The position numbers and the translations under genes were made by a program. From the NCBI GenBank assembly GCA_001730065.1, contig MDLE01000006.1, positions 74,938-138,937 of the forward strand: a stretch of 64,000 nt of DNA, read 5' to 3'. Shown here one piece after another: positions 42,223 to 51,354 of this stretch (the first letter of the stretch is position 1; every line of letters starts with the position of its first letter). The notes beneath the pieces are model-generated. The model did not search any database. It was not told where the DNA came from and saw nothing but the letters and a program-made list of their open reading frames with translations. The DNA comes from Rickettsiales bacterium (ex Bugula neritina AB1) (GTDB lineage Bacteria > Pseudomonadota > Alphaproteobacteria > CAJXXZ01 > UBA1459).

Positions 42223-42868
42223 AATGAATATAAAAATTTTAAAATTTTTATTTTTTATTAAAAATTTATTAAAAATTTATATATATTATTTAATTTTAGA
42301 TCTTAATATAAAATTTATAAATAGTTATTCCTATAATATATATTATAAAAATCAAATTATTTTTGTTTGTAAAAATTTTCAATTTATGAATAAAGAAAAA
42401 TTGATAAAAAATATAAATACAAATATCAATACTATTAAATATATACAATATTATTATAAAAATAATAATATAATTATTATTCAAAAATATAGAAAACCCT
42501 ATATAAAAATGGAAAAAATTATTTTTGATGAAGATTTACAAAGAATGTATTTTAATGAGAATATTCATGAAGTTAATATACATATTAATTATTTTGCAAA
42601 AGATTTAGAAATTTATAATAAAATTTACAAAATTATTCATAAATATATAAAAAATTTAAATTTAAATTTCTATCTTATTGATAATCGACGTATAAATATT
42701 GTAATTAATAATTCACTAACAATCAAACTTCCTGAAAATGTATCCTTAAAGAAATTAGATATATATTTTAAAAGTTATTATTCTCAAGAACATAAAATAA
42801 TTGACTTAAGATTTAAAAATAAAATTTTAATAACTAATAAAGATGAAAAAAATACTAATAAATCATAA
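42212..42868 (+). CDS. FtsQ-like cell division protein (divergent)
   Basis: Single N-terminal TM, a POTRA-like stretch (QIIFVCKNFQFMNKEKLIKNI; IIIQKYRKPYIKM), and a C-terminal ...TIKLPENVSLKKLDIYFKSY....IIDLRFKNKILI like the FtsQ beta-domain end (LG....kl.....y.....iDLRy). Confidence 0.45.
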   Translation: MRDKMNIKILKFLFFIKNLLKIYIYYLILDLNIKFINSYSYNIYYKNQIIFVCKNFQFMNKEKLIKNINTNINTIKYIQYYYKNNNIIIIQKYRKPYIKMEKIIFDEDLQRMYFNENIHEVNIHINYFAKDLEIYNKIYKIIHKYIKNLNLNFYLIDNRRINIVINNSLTIKLPENVSLKKLDIYFKSYYSQEHKIIDLRFKNKILITNKDEKNTNKS

Positions 42869-42899
42869 ATTGTTAAGTAGGTATTTTTTATCAGCAGTT

Positions 42900-43346
42900 T
42901 TAATTTTTAATCTTTCTTGTTTCAAATCTTTGATTCATATTAGAAGTATATGTTTTTATAGATCTTAAATTACTTTCTTCTTCTAAAACATCTTCTTTAC
43001 ATCTACGACAAGAAACACGAATAATATTAATATCTTTTTGAAGACTAAGTAATCTCGTAATTTCTTTTAAATTTTTTTGGAGTAAAGAATTATCTACTAA
43101 GGATATCACTGAAGTAAAATAATGAAATATGTTTTCCTTTTTTGCTTGAGGTTCCTTCTTTTTTATTTTAAATGCCGTTTCTTTTTTTCCAATATAATGA
43201 AGTTTTTCTAAAGTACAATCAGATATTTTGTCAAAGAAGTTATTTAAACAATCCATACATTTTTTTTCATTATTATTAGCTTTGACAATGAAAACATAAA
43301 AGTAATATCTTAAAAATTTATCATTATTTTTTTGAATTTCTACCAT
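42900..43346 (-). CDS. hypothetical protein, weak resemblance to ribosomal protein S6
   Basis: The pattern YYFYVFIVK...(about 25 aa)...YIGKKETAFKIKK...HYF...L.R.L.L...II R follows the S6 layout (YE.vfi......wG.r.laY.I.k...g.Y......R). There is no adjacent rpsR/rplI. Confidence 0.3.
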   Translation of the reverse strand: MVEIQKNNDKFLRYYFYVFIVKANNNEKKCMDCLNNFFDKISDCTLEKLHYIGKKETAFKIKKKEPQAKKENIFHYFTSVISLVDNSLLQKNLKEITRLLSLQKDINIIRVSCRRCKEDVLEEESNLRSIKTYTSNMNQRFETRKIKN

Positions 43347-43399
43347 TATTATAATTATATATCATATTTTATAAATTTAATAGATAAATTATTATGTTT

Positions 43400-44428
43400 T
43401 TATATTTTTTTTTCATTAAATAAATATTGAAATATATATAAACTTTCAAACTCTGGAGGACATTTCAAATAAGTATTCAGATTATTTATATTTAATTTTG
43501 TTTTAAGTTTTAAAAAATAATCAATTGGTTGAAGTAATTGTCCACCGTTAATAAAAATTGGTATATTATATTTATATTTTATGTCATGTTTTATAATATC
43601 AAAAGAATTAGACCAAATATTTTCTACAAAATTTATATTAATATCATAAATATCTTGCCTTTTCTTATCATACACAAGCCCTACTTGTTTTATTAATTGA
43701 TAAGCTTTATAAAAAGAAATTTGATATTTTTGGGTAATATATCTTACAAGATTATTTAAACCTAAATTAATTTTATAATACTCTTTTATTTTACCAAATT
43801 CTAATAATAAAACATCTATATGATAAAAATCTAAATTAATCAATATAAATGTATCCATAAATTTTAATAAATATTCTATAATAATACATATATTTATATG
43901 AATTCTTTTTATATCAATCAAAAATTTTTTAAAAATATTATTTATATTATTAAATATTAAATTAGGTACTTTAAAGTATTTTTTTGTAATTACTAAATTA
44001 TTTGTATATATATCAATAGGCTTGAAAACACTTATATTGTCACACAAATAATTAGTTTCTTCAAATAAAACAATATTTTTATCATTAGTATGTTTTTTTA
44101 CATACATTAATAAATGATTAATATGTGAAGTTTTTACAAAATTATTTACTAATAAGGATTTAGTCATATTAAAAAATTCTACATATAGACAATTAATAAT
44201 AACAATTACATCAATAATTTTTTCACCACTATCATATTCTATATGATAAATAAATTTTTGTAATTGTTGTTGAAATTCTTCAAAATTAATATGATTATTT
44301 ACTAATAATAAACTTTCTATTTTATAAGAGTTATAAACTTTATAGTTCTGCCACCAATTTTTTTGTAATAATATACTTTTAATATATAAATCATTAATTT
44401 CTACAATTAATACTACATCTTCATTCAT
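43400..44428 (-). CDS. FtsA-like actin-fold protein with degenerate nucleotide-binding motifs
   Basis: Colinear resemblance to FtsA: VVLIVEINDLYIKSILL (phosphate-1 position), FILINLDFYHIDVLLLEFGKI (phosphate-2 position, DxGGG lost), INLGLNNLVRYITQKYQISFYKAYQLIKQ, IPIFINGGQLLQPIDYF (adenosine motif position). 342 aa compared with about 420. Confidence 0.5.
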   Translation of the reverse strand: MNEDVVLIVEINDLYIKSILLQKNWWQNYKVYNSYKIESLLLVNNHINFEEFQQQLQKFIYHIEYDSGEKIIDVIVIINCLYVEFFNMTKSLLVNNFVKTSHINHLLMYVKKHTNDKNIVLFEETNYLCDNISVFKPIDIYTNNLVITKKYFKVPNLIFNNINNIFKKFLIDIKRIHINICIIIEYLLKFMDTFILINLDFYHIDVLLLEFGKIKEYYKINLGLNNLVRYITQKYQISFYKAYQLIKQVGLVYDKKRQDIYDININFVENIWSNSFDIIKHDIKYKYNIPIFINGGQLLQPIDYFLKLKTKLNINNLNTYLKCPPEFESLYIFQYLFNEKKI

Positions 44429-46755
44429 GTTATTATTTCTTTAATGTTATTTATTTCTTCTTTTAAAGAATAAATTTCTAATTCTATTTTATTTTTTATA
44501 TCTTCAGGAGGTGTTTGTTTATAAAGCTTATTTTCTAATAAAGATAATTTATTTTTCTGTTTATTGAAATATAATAATAGATTTTCATTATTAATATCTT
44601 TACAATAAATTTTTATATCATATATTTTTAAAAATTTACCTTCTTCTTCACTAATATTAATTTTCATAAATTCTAAAATATGTTTATATCTTATATTAGG
44701 TGATAACCATACATTAATTTTTAGATTATTTTTAAAACTTCGCATAATTTTTATAATTTTTATTAATATATCTATATAACTTATATCTATTTTTTTTATA
44801 CTAATATTAAAATATTCTTTATCAAACAAATTTTTTTTAAAAATTTTTGTATAGTTTTGTTCTACAAATTCTGGTATTAAAGGATAAAATAATTTTAATA
44901 ATCTCTCTAGTATAAACAATAAAGTATATTTAATTTGAAGATTTTTATGTACTTTACTAAATTCAATTAACCAATCACAATATTCTTTAAAGAAAAAATC
45001 TTCTAATTCTTCTATATATTTATGAATATTATAATTATCTAATAAAACTCTTTCAAGATTTTCTATTTTTTTAAATTTATTTAAAAAATATATAGAAATT
45101 TCATCATCAATATGTATATTCTTATTATCTATTTCAAACCCGTAATTTATTTCAATAAATTTTATAGCATTTTTTAGTTTGTTAATATTTTTTTTAGTGT
45201 TTTCTAAATCATGAATAGAAAATTTAATATTACCACTTACATATACTTTTGATAAAAGATTATATCTCAATATATCTACACTCCATTCTTTTATAATATC
45301 TAATGGATTAATAACATTATTAAGGGTTTTAGACATTTTATAACCTTTTTCATCTCTAACTAATTGATGAATAAATACATTTTTAAATGGTAATTCATTT
45401 GTAAGATTTGTAGTCATAAGTACCATACGAGCTACCCAAAAAAATATAATATCATAAGCGGTAACTAATGTAGTAGTTGGAAAAATACCTGTTTTACTAC
45501 CAAATGATAATGGCCATAAAGCGGAAGAAAACCATGTGTCTAAAATAAAATTTTCCTCATATATCTCTTCATTTGGGAATTGTTTTAATGCTTCTTCTTT
45601 TGTTTTTGCAAGAATAACTTCATTATTTTTTCTACGAAATATCGGCATTTTATGACCCCATATATTTTCTCTTGAAATACACCAGGGATTTAAACCCTCC
45701 AACCAATTTAAATAAGTATTTTTCCAGTAAGAAGGAAAAAATTTTAATTTATCTTCTTTTACAGCTTTTATAGCTTCTGCGGTATTTAAGTCTAAGTACC
45801 ATTGATTACGTAGTATTGTTTCTATAGGTTTTTGACTTTTTTCTCCTATAAATAATTTACGTTTATAATCTTCAATCTTTTCTAATTGATTAATTTTTTT
45901 CAATTCTTCAAGAATTTTTATTTTGACTTCTTGAATATTTAAATTTTTATAATTTTCTGGTACATTAATTGCTTTTAATTTTTCATTAAAAATATGTATT
46001 TTAGAAAAATTATATTCCTCACAAATATTAAAATCCGTTTCATCATATGTTGGTGTAAGTTTTAGAATACCTGTACCAAAATTATCATCCACATCCTTGT
46101 GATAAATAATAGGTATTTCACGATTAATAATAGGTATAAGTACATGTTTTCCTACTAAATTTTTATATTTTTTATTTACCGCTAATGCTACATCCGCAAA
46201 TATTGTTTCTGGACGAGTAGTAGCTATACTTATATATTCTGTACTATTTTTTATTTTATATTTTATATAATAAATATAATCATCTACTTCCTTTTGAATC
46301 ACTTCTAAATCCGACAAAGTTGTTTGAAAATAAGGATCCCAAAACACAACTTTTTCTTTTTCATATATTAGACCTTTATTATATAATTTAATAAAACTAT
46401 CCATAACAAAATTTTTATGATTTTCATCCATTGTGTACATGGTTTTTTCTTCATCTACATCAATTTTTAATAATTTCATTTGTTCATCAATTTTTTCTTT
46501 TGAATTATTCGCAAACTGATTAATAATTTTATATTTTTCATCTTTTGACAATTTATCTTTATTATTTTTTAAAGCAGAATATTCTGTAGATATACCACCA
46601 TGGTCATACCCTGGTAAAAGAATAGTTGTATAATTATTAAGTTTTGCAATTTTTCCAAAAAAATCTTCTATAAAAGCATCTAAACTATGCCCAAGATGTA
46701 AAGAACCACTAACATTAGGAGGGGGTAATAAAATAGAAAAAATTCTTTTTGACAT
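44425..46755 (-). CDS. valS: valine--tRNA ligase
   Basis: PPPNVSGSLHLGH (HIGH), KMSKTL (KMSKS), class Ia editing-domain blocks (TTRPETIFAD) and a C-terminal coiled coil. Confidence 0.95.
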   Translation of the reverse strand: MSKRIFSILLPPPNVSGSLHLGHSLDAFIEDFFGKIAKLNNYTTILLPGYDHGGISTEYSALKNNKDKLSKDEKYKIINQFANNSKEKIDEQMKLLKIDVDEEKTMYTMDENHKNFVMDSFIKLYNKGLIYEKEKVVFWDPYFQTTLSDLEVIQKEVDDYIYYIKYKIKNSTEYISIATTRPETIFADVALAVNKKYKNLVGKHVLIPIINREIPIIYHKDVDDNFGTGILKLTPTYDETDFNICEEYNFSKIHIFNEKLKAINVPENYKNLNIQEVKIKILEELKKINQLEKIEDYKRKLFIGEKSQKPIETILRNQWYLDLNTAEAIKAVKEDKLKFFPSYWKNTYLNWLEGLNPWCISRENIWGHKMPIFRRKNNEVILAKTKEEALKQFPNEEIYEENFILDTWFSSALWPLSFGSKTGIFPTTTLVTAYDIIFFWVARMVLMTTNLTNELPFKNVFIHQLVRDEKGYKMSKTLNNVINPLDIIKEWSVDILRYNLLSKVYVSGNIKFSIHDLENTKKNINKLKNAIKFIEINYGFEIDNKNIHIDDEISIYFLNKFKKIENLERVLLDNYNIHKYIEELEDFFFKEYCDWLIEFSKVHKNLQIKYTLLFILERLLKLFYPLIPEFVEQNYTKIFKKNLFDKEYFNISIKKIDISYIDILIKIIKIMRSFKNNLKINVWLSPNIRYKHILEFMKINISEEEGKFLKIYDIKIYCKDINNENLLLYFNKQKNKLSLLENKLYKQTPPEDIKNKIELEIYSLKEEINNIKEIIT

Positions 46756-46822
46756 TTAATAAAAATTTTACTATATTTTTAATATTTGTAAAATAAAGAT
46801 TCCTAAGATTTAATCTTATACT

Positions 46823-47470
46823 TTAGTTTATTTGTAATAAAGTTTTTTTTGTATTGCATGACTCTTCTAATTTTTCTTCATTATTTATTTTTGAGAAATT
46901 ACAATATTTATTTTCTATGTAATATTTTATTGTATATATATTATTATTATTATTATAATTATTATTGAATTTTTGAATGTCATATATATTAGCAGCAGGT
47001 GGTAAATTAAATTCTGTAAATATATCTATCACATTATTCTTAGTATGAGTATTAAATAATCTATCAAAACAACTTTTTAAACATGATAAACATGTTTTGG
47101 GTTGAAAATTCATATATGACTTAAGGATCATTATATTATCTTGTTTTGTATAAATACATGTTATTAAAGAATGATTATCATTGAATTCTAAAACACAATT
47201 ATAATCACTACATTTACAAGAAATACTTATTTTAGGATCTTTTACCTTTAAATTAAAGTAATATGTTTTATTACAGATATCTTTTGTAAAATTGGTAATT
47301 TCTACTATATTATAAAATTCTCCAAAAAAAAAAAATTTATATTTTATTTCTTCTTCTGTATCAACAAATGGAAATACTATTTTGTTTTTATGATTAAATA
47401 TTCCCATAGGAATATAGGGATAACAATATATCAAGTTTAAAAAGATAAATATTTTTAAGTAACATTTCAT
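46823..47470 (-). CDS. secreted paralog family member 1 (most divergent)
   Basis: Signal peptide MKCYLKIFIFLNLIYC. Shares ...L(I/K)(T/V/I)C(I/N/D)Y... and C..C(F/L) motifs with the next four genes. Confidence 0.55.
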   Translation of the reverse strand: MKCYLKIFIFLNLIYCYPYIPMGIFNHKNKIVFPFVDTEEEIKYKFFFFGEFYNIVEITNFTKDICNKTYYFNLKVKDPKISISCKCSDYNCVLEFNDNHSLITCIYTKQDNIMILKSYMNFQPKTCLSCLKSCFDRLFNTHTKNNVIDIFTEFNLPPAANIYDIQKFNNNYNNNNNIYTIKYYIENKYCNFSKINNEEKLEESCNTKKTLLQIN

Positions 47471-47586
47471 ATTATATAAATTTTTATTTAATAAATTAAA
47501 AATCTATTAAATAAATTGTACAGAAGTTAATTATTTTTATTTTTTTTATTTTTTTTATTTCTGGAAAATATCCTACCTTAGTATTA

Positions 47587-48249
47587 TTAAAATAATTCTA
47601 ATCTTTCTTTTTCTTTTGCTGGTAAATATCCTTTTTTCGTGGAATTAAAATATTTATTTTCTATATACTCTTTAATTAAAAAATATTCTTTCAAAATACC
47701 ATTTTCTTTTTTTATATCTAAATTGTTATAATATTGAATAAATTTTTTGTTATCTATATGAGTTTTAAAATATTCACCTAAAAATAGTTTTGTATTTAAA
47801 TTATATTGTATAGTTTCATTTTTTTTAAAACATTTACATAATTTTTTAAAAAAAGGAACAGGTGGTGTAAAAAATACATCACCTATAATATTTTCATAAT
47901 TATAATTACATTTTACTTGCATATAACCATCTTGAAAACATAATAAAAAATCACTATCAGATTGTTTTATCACTTTCACTACAATATTTAAATTTTTTTT
48001 CGTAGTTAGTTCAAATTTATTCAAATCTACTTTACTTTTTATAAATTCATAAGGTAATTGATATCCAAAAATCACTACATAGAAAATGTTTTTATCTGTA
48101 TTATCAATTATTCCTTCAATCCATAAAGGATTGATTGATAAAGATTTAAACGTTTCTTCTTCGAAATTTTCATATATTAAATCTTCCTTTTGTGAAAAAC
48201 AAAAAAAATAAAAAAAAAAAATCTTTATTATTTTAAAACAAAACTTCAT
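47587..48249 (-). CDS. secreted paralog family member 2
   Basis: MKFCFKIIKIFFFYFFCFSQ signal, FELTT, MQVKCNYNY, KLCKCFKKN. Confidence 0.6.
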   Translation of the reverse strand: MKFCFKIIKIFFFYFFCFSQKEDLIYENFEEETFKSLSINPLWIEGIIDNTDKNIFYVVIFGYQLPYEFIKSKVDLNKFELTTKKNLNIVVKVIKQSDSDFLLCFQDGYMQVKCNYNYENIIGDVFFTPPVPFFKKLCKCFKKNETIQYNLNTKLFLGEYFKTHIDNKKFIQYYNNLDIKKENGILKEYFLIKEYIENKYFNSTKKGYLPAKEKERLELF

Positions 48250-48302
48250 AAATATAGATATAATAAAATAAATTAAAAATTTATTAATTAAATTTTAAAA
48301 TA

Positions 48303-49166
48303 TTAAACATAACATAAATCATATTTTTCTTTTAAAGGTGTTGTTATTTGATTTGTTTCTTTTTTATTATGATGCTTATCTATTATATAAGCTTTTATTC
48401 GTTTATATTCTTTAATAGTTTTATTTAAATATTGATCTTTTTGTATATAATGATCATTTTTATATTTTTGATTTTTGTTGTTTATTTCCACTTCTCTTAA
48501 TTCTATGTCATTATGTAAGTTTTTATATTCTTCATCCATTCTATCTTTTGTTATCTCATTTATTCTATTAGTATTTGTTTGGATATAAAATACATTTTCT
48601 GTATTATTCCTAAAAAAATTACAAATTTTTTGTAAAAGATTTGGTTTTTCTGTAAAGTTTATTTCACCATTAATATTTAGATGCGATTGTTGTTGAAAAT
48701 AATTACATTTTATTCGAAGGGTAGAATCATCAAAAATAAGAACAATATTATTATCTTCTTTAATTTGAATTTGAATATTTATATTTTTATTTTCAGGTGT
48801 AGTAAGTTCAAATCCATTCTCCAGTTTATCTATTTTAAATGGATATTGTAATTTCAATCCTAAAATATATACATAAATATTTTGAGATGTTTCACTTTTT
48901 AGTTTATTAAATAAATCAAAAGGATTAAATATTATATTTTCATCATTTTCATCATTTTCATCATTTTCATCATTTTCATCATTTTTATGATGATATGATA
49001 TAATAAAAGGAATTATTACTAATTTAGGATTGAAGTATTTTGGTAAAAAAAAAACTCTATTGGGTTTTTTTTCTTCATTGAGATTTTTTTGAGGTGAAGA
49101 AGAACAAAAACAAAAAAAAAATAAAAAAATCTTTATTGTTTTAAAAATTTTAAAATAACACTTCAT
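48303..49166 (-). CDS. secreted paralog family member 3 (carries an NDE repeat)
   Basis: MKCYFKIFKTIKIFLFFFCFCSS signal, FELTT, LRIKCNYFQ, KICNFFRNN. About 50 nt of upstream DNA is near-identical to that of member 2. Confidence 0.6.
   Translation of the reverse strand: MKCYFKIFKTIKIFLFFFCFCSSSPQKNLNEEKKPNRVFFLPKYFNPKLVIIPFIISYHHKNDENDENDENDENDENIIFNPFDLFNKLKSETSQNIYVYILGLKLQYPFKIDKLENGFELTTPENKNINIQIQIKEDNNIVLIFDDSTLRIKCNYFQQQSHLNINGEINFTEKPNLLQKICNFFRNNTENVFYIQTNTNRINEITKDRMDEEYKNLHNDIELREVEINNKNQKYKNDHYIQKDQYLNKTIKEYKRIKAYIIDKHHNKKETNQITTPLKEKYDLCYV
48941..48985 (-). repeat. 5 x 9-bp microsatellite (CATCATTTT on the plus strand) encoding (NDE)5
   Basis: Five perfect tandem units read directly. 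In frame, inside paralog 3. Confidence 0.95.
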
Positions 49167-49215
49167 AAGTATAAATATAATAAAATAAATTAAAAATTTA
49201 TTAATTAAATATTTT

Positions 49216-49944
49216 CTACATATCTTTTAATTCTAATTGCATATTATCTTTCGTCGTTTTTTTATTATATATTGTTTTATTATTAATATATTCATTATTT
49301 AGATATTTTTTTATTGATGTATTATTATTATATCTAGTATTCTTTTCTTTTATACCATTACTTGTTAGATGCATAAATAAGGATACATTTGTGTTAAAAT
49401 TCACTTTTTTATTCTTATTCGGAAAAAAACATCCACAAAATCTTTCCAAGATAGATAAAATATCTAAAAACTCTACCTCACCTTTAATATTTGAATGAGT
49501 AGGATAGATATAATAATTACAATATATTTTCAAGTTAGAATCGTAAAATTTTAATTTAAAGAAACAATCACATTTTGTAGTTTTATAATCTTCATTGTCA
49601 TGATACTCAATAAAAATTATAGTATCAGGATAATTTTCTGTAGTAAGTTTTAATGTATTAGGAATATTATTGAATAAATCTACAAAAAATGAAATAGGTA
49701 ATTTACAACCCATAATAACCGCATAAAATCTATCATTATCATAATTTTTTTTAAAATTACCAGTAAATAAATTATAATTATCATGATTATTATGATTATC
49801 ACTATCACAATAAATTAAGTAAAAAGGAACTATTGGTATAATTGTTTCTTTGTGTTTGTGATTTAAATATTCTTTTATAGATTTTTGTGTAAAACAACAA
49901 ATAAAAATAAATAAAAATCTTATTGTATTAAAATAAATCTTCAT
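49216..49944 (-). CDS. secreted paralog family member 4
   Basis: MKIYFNTIRFLFIFICCFTQKSIKEYL, LKLTT, LKIYCNYYI, ERFCGCFFPNKNK. Closest to member 5. Confidence 0.6.
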   Translation of the reverse strand: MKIYFNTIRFLFIFICCFTQKSIKEYLNHKHKETIIPIVPFYLIYCDSDNHNNHDNYNLFTGNFKKNYDNDRFYAVIMGCKLPISFFVDLFNNIPNTLKLTTENYPDTIIFIEYHDNEDYKTTKCDCFFKLKFYDSNLKIYCNYYIYPTHSNIKGEVEFLDILSILERFCGCFFPNKNKKVNFNTNVSLFMHLTSNGIKEKNTRYNNNTSIKKYLNNEYINNKTIYNKKTTKDNMQLELKDM

Positions 49945-50009
49945 AATTATTAATAATAATTTAATAAATTAAAATTTTATTAAATAATATCAAGACAATA
50001 GTTATTTTG

Positions 50010-50732
50010 TCATCTTTCTGATGCTAATGTATGATAATTACTCTGATTTTCTATAGGATTATTATTATAATTAATATTTGTTTTATAATTTTTCTTTACA
50101 TATTCTATAATAGGTTTATATTGATTTGGTTTGAAATTTTTATCCATTTTTTCTTTTATATATTCATTTGTATAATCTATAAATCTAGGTGTCTTTGTGT
50201 CAGAATTTACATCTTTATTCATAAATAAAGATATATTTGTTTTGAAACTCATTTCTTTATTTTTATTCGGAAAAAAACATCCACAAAATCTTTCAAAAAT
50301 AGATAAAGTATTTGAAAAGTTAACGGTACCTTTAATAGTGGAACTCCACTGACCTATACAATAATCACATATTATTTTTAATCTATTATCATAAAATGTT
50401 AATCGAAAATTGAGGGGTAAATATTTTTCATTATCTATTTCTTTATTATTTTCATATTCAATAAAAATTTTAGTATTAGGATGATTTAACATATTAAATG
50501 AAAATTGATAATTATTAAATTTCTCTAATACAAGTGGTATGAACAATTCACAACCCATAATAACTAAATGATATATCTCGTTATCATCTATTTTAATAAG
50601 TAATCTATTATTTGAATTAATCAAATAAAAAGGAAAAATTTTAACTTCCGTATTACTTAAATATTCTTTTATAGATTTTTGTGTAAAACAAAAAATAAAC
50701 AAAAATCCTATTATATTAAAATAAATCTTCAT
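50010..50732 (-). CDS. secreted paralog family member 5
   Basis: MKIYFNIIGFLFIFCFTQKSIKEYL, LKIICDYCI, ERFCGCFFPNKNK. The 39 nt upstream of the ATG are identical to those upstream of member 4. Confidence 0.6.
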   Translation of the reverse strand: MKIYFNIIGFLFIFCFTQKSIKEYLSNTEVKIFPFYLINSNNRLLIKIDDNEIYHLVIMGCELFIPLVLEKFNNYQFSFNMLNHPNTKIFIEYENNKEIDNEKYLPLNFRLTFYDNRLKIICDYCIGQWSSTIKGTVNFSNTLSIFERFCGCFFPNKNKEMSFKTNISLFMNKDVNSDTKTPRFIDYTNEYIKEKMDKNFKPNQYKPIIEYVKKNYKTNINYNNNPIENQSNYHTLASER

Positions 50733-50771
50733 AATTATTAATAATAATTTAATAAATTAAAATTTTATTAA

Positions 50772-51167
50772 TTACATATCATTAAAGATGCTATGTAATA
50801 TACTTTTTATAAACTCTTTACCAGTGGGATGAATAAAAATAGTTATTTTTATATATTCACTAATAATTATTTTATAATCAGTTTTATTTAATAGAAATTC
50901 ACTAATAGCCGTATATAAAATAATACTTAAAAGTTTATCTATAGAACCTTCTTGTCTTTTTTGATATTTTCCACAGATTTTCAATATTTTATCTTTTTGT
51001 ATAGTACAGTTATTTATAATACTATTACTTAAATTTTCATCAAAATTATTAATCTTTAAAGATTCCATAAATAATATTTTAATATCTTTGCTTGTTTTTG
51101 TAATATACTGATTATAATTAAAGTATACGGCATAAAATCTACTAAAAATTCTTTTATAACTATTCAT
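50772..51167 (-). CDS. nusB: transcription antitermination factor NusB
   Basis: 131 aa. The layout R.FSRFYAVYFNY ... SIDKLLSIILYTAISEFLL ... IIISEYIKI... EFIKSILHSI follows NusB helices (R..a.q.LY ... iLr.a.yEl ... vvInEav.la... fvNgvL). Confidence 0.6.
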   Translation of the reverse strand: MNSYKRIFSRFYAVYFNYNQYITKTSKDIKILFMESLKINNFDENLSNSIINNCTIQKDKILKICGKYQKRQEGSIDKLLSIILYTAISEFLLNKTDYKIIISEYIKITIFIHPTGKEFIKSILHSIFNDM

Positions 51168-51198
51168 AATTAATTTACAACTTTCTTAATAAATAAGG

Positions 51199-51272
51199 GG
51201 CGGATAAGAGGCTCCGACCCTCTCACCTCAAGTGCCACAGACTTGCGCTCTACCAAATGAGCTATACCCGCC
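51199..51272 (-). tRNA. tRNA-His (anticodon GUG) with genome-encoded G-1
   Basis: G(-1)+GCGGGTA/TATCCGC+C73, D-arm GCTC-ATTTGGTA-GAGC, anticodon arm CAAGT-CTGTGGC-ACTTG, T-arm AGAGG-GTCGGAG-CCTCT. Confidence 0.9.
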
Positions 51273-51354
51273 ATTATAAATCTATTATACTAAAAAATAT
51301 TCTTTTATCAAATCTTTTTTAAATATTATAAAAAAAATTATATAATTTCTATAA

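Noticed and set aside
42296-42484. 62-aa minus-strand ORF
   Set aside because: It is antisense inside the FtsQ-like ORF and consists almost entirely of Ile/Asn/Tyr/Phe from A/T-only codons.
50031-50228. 65-aa plus-strand ORF
   Set aside because: It is antisense to paralog 5 of the secreted family and has no start context or motif.
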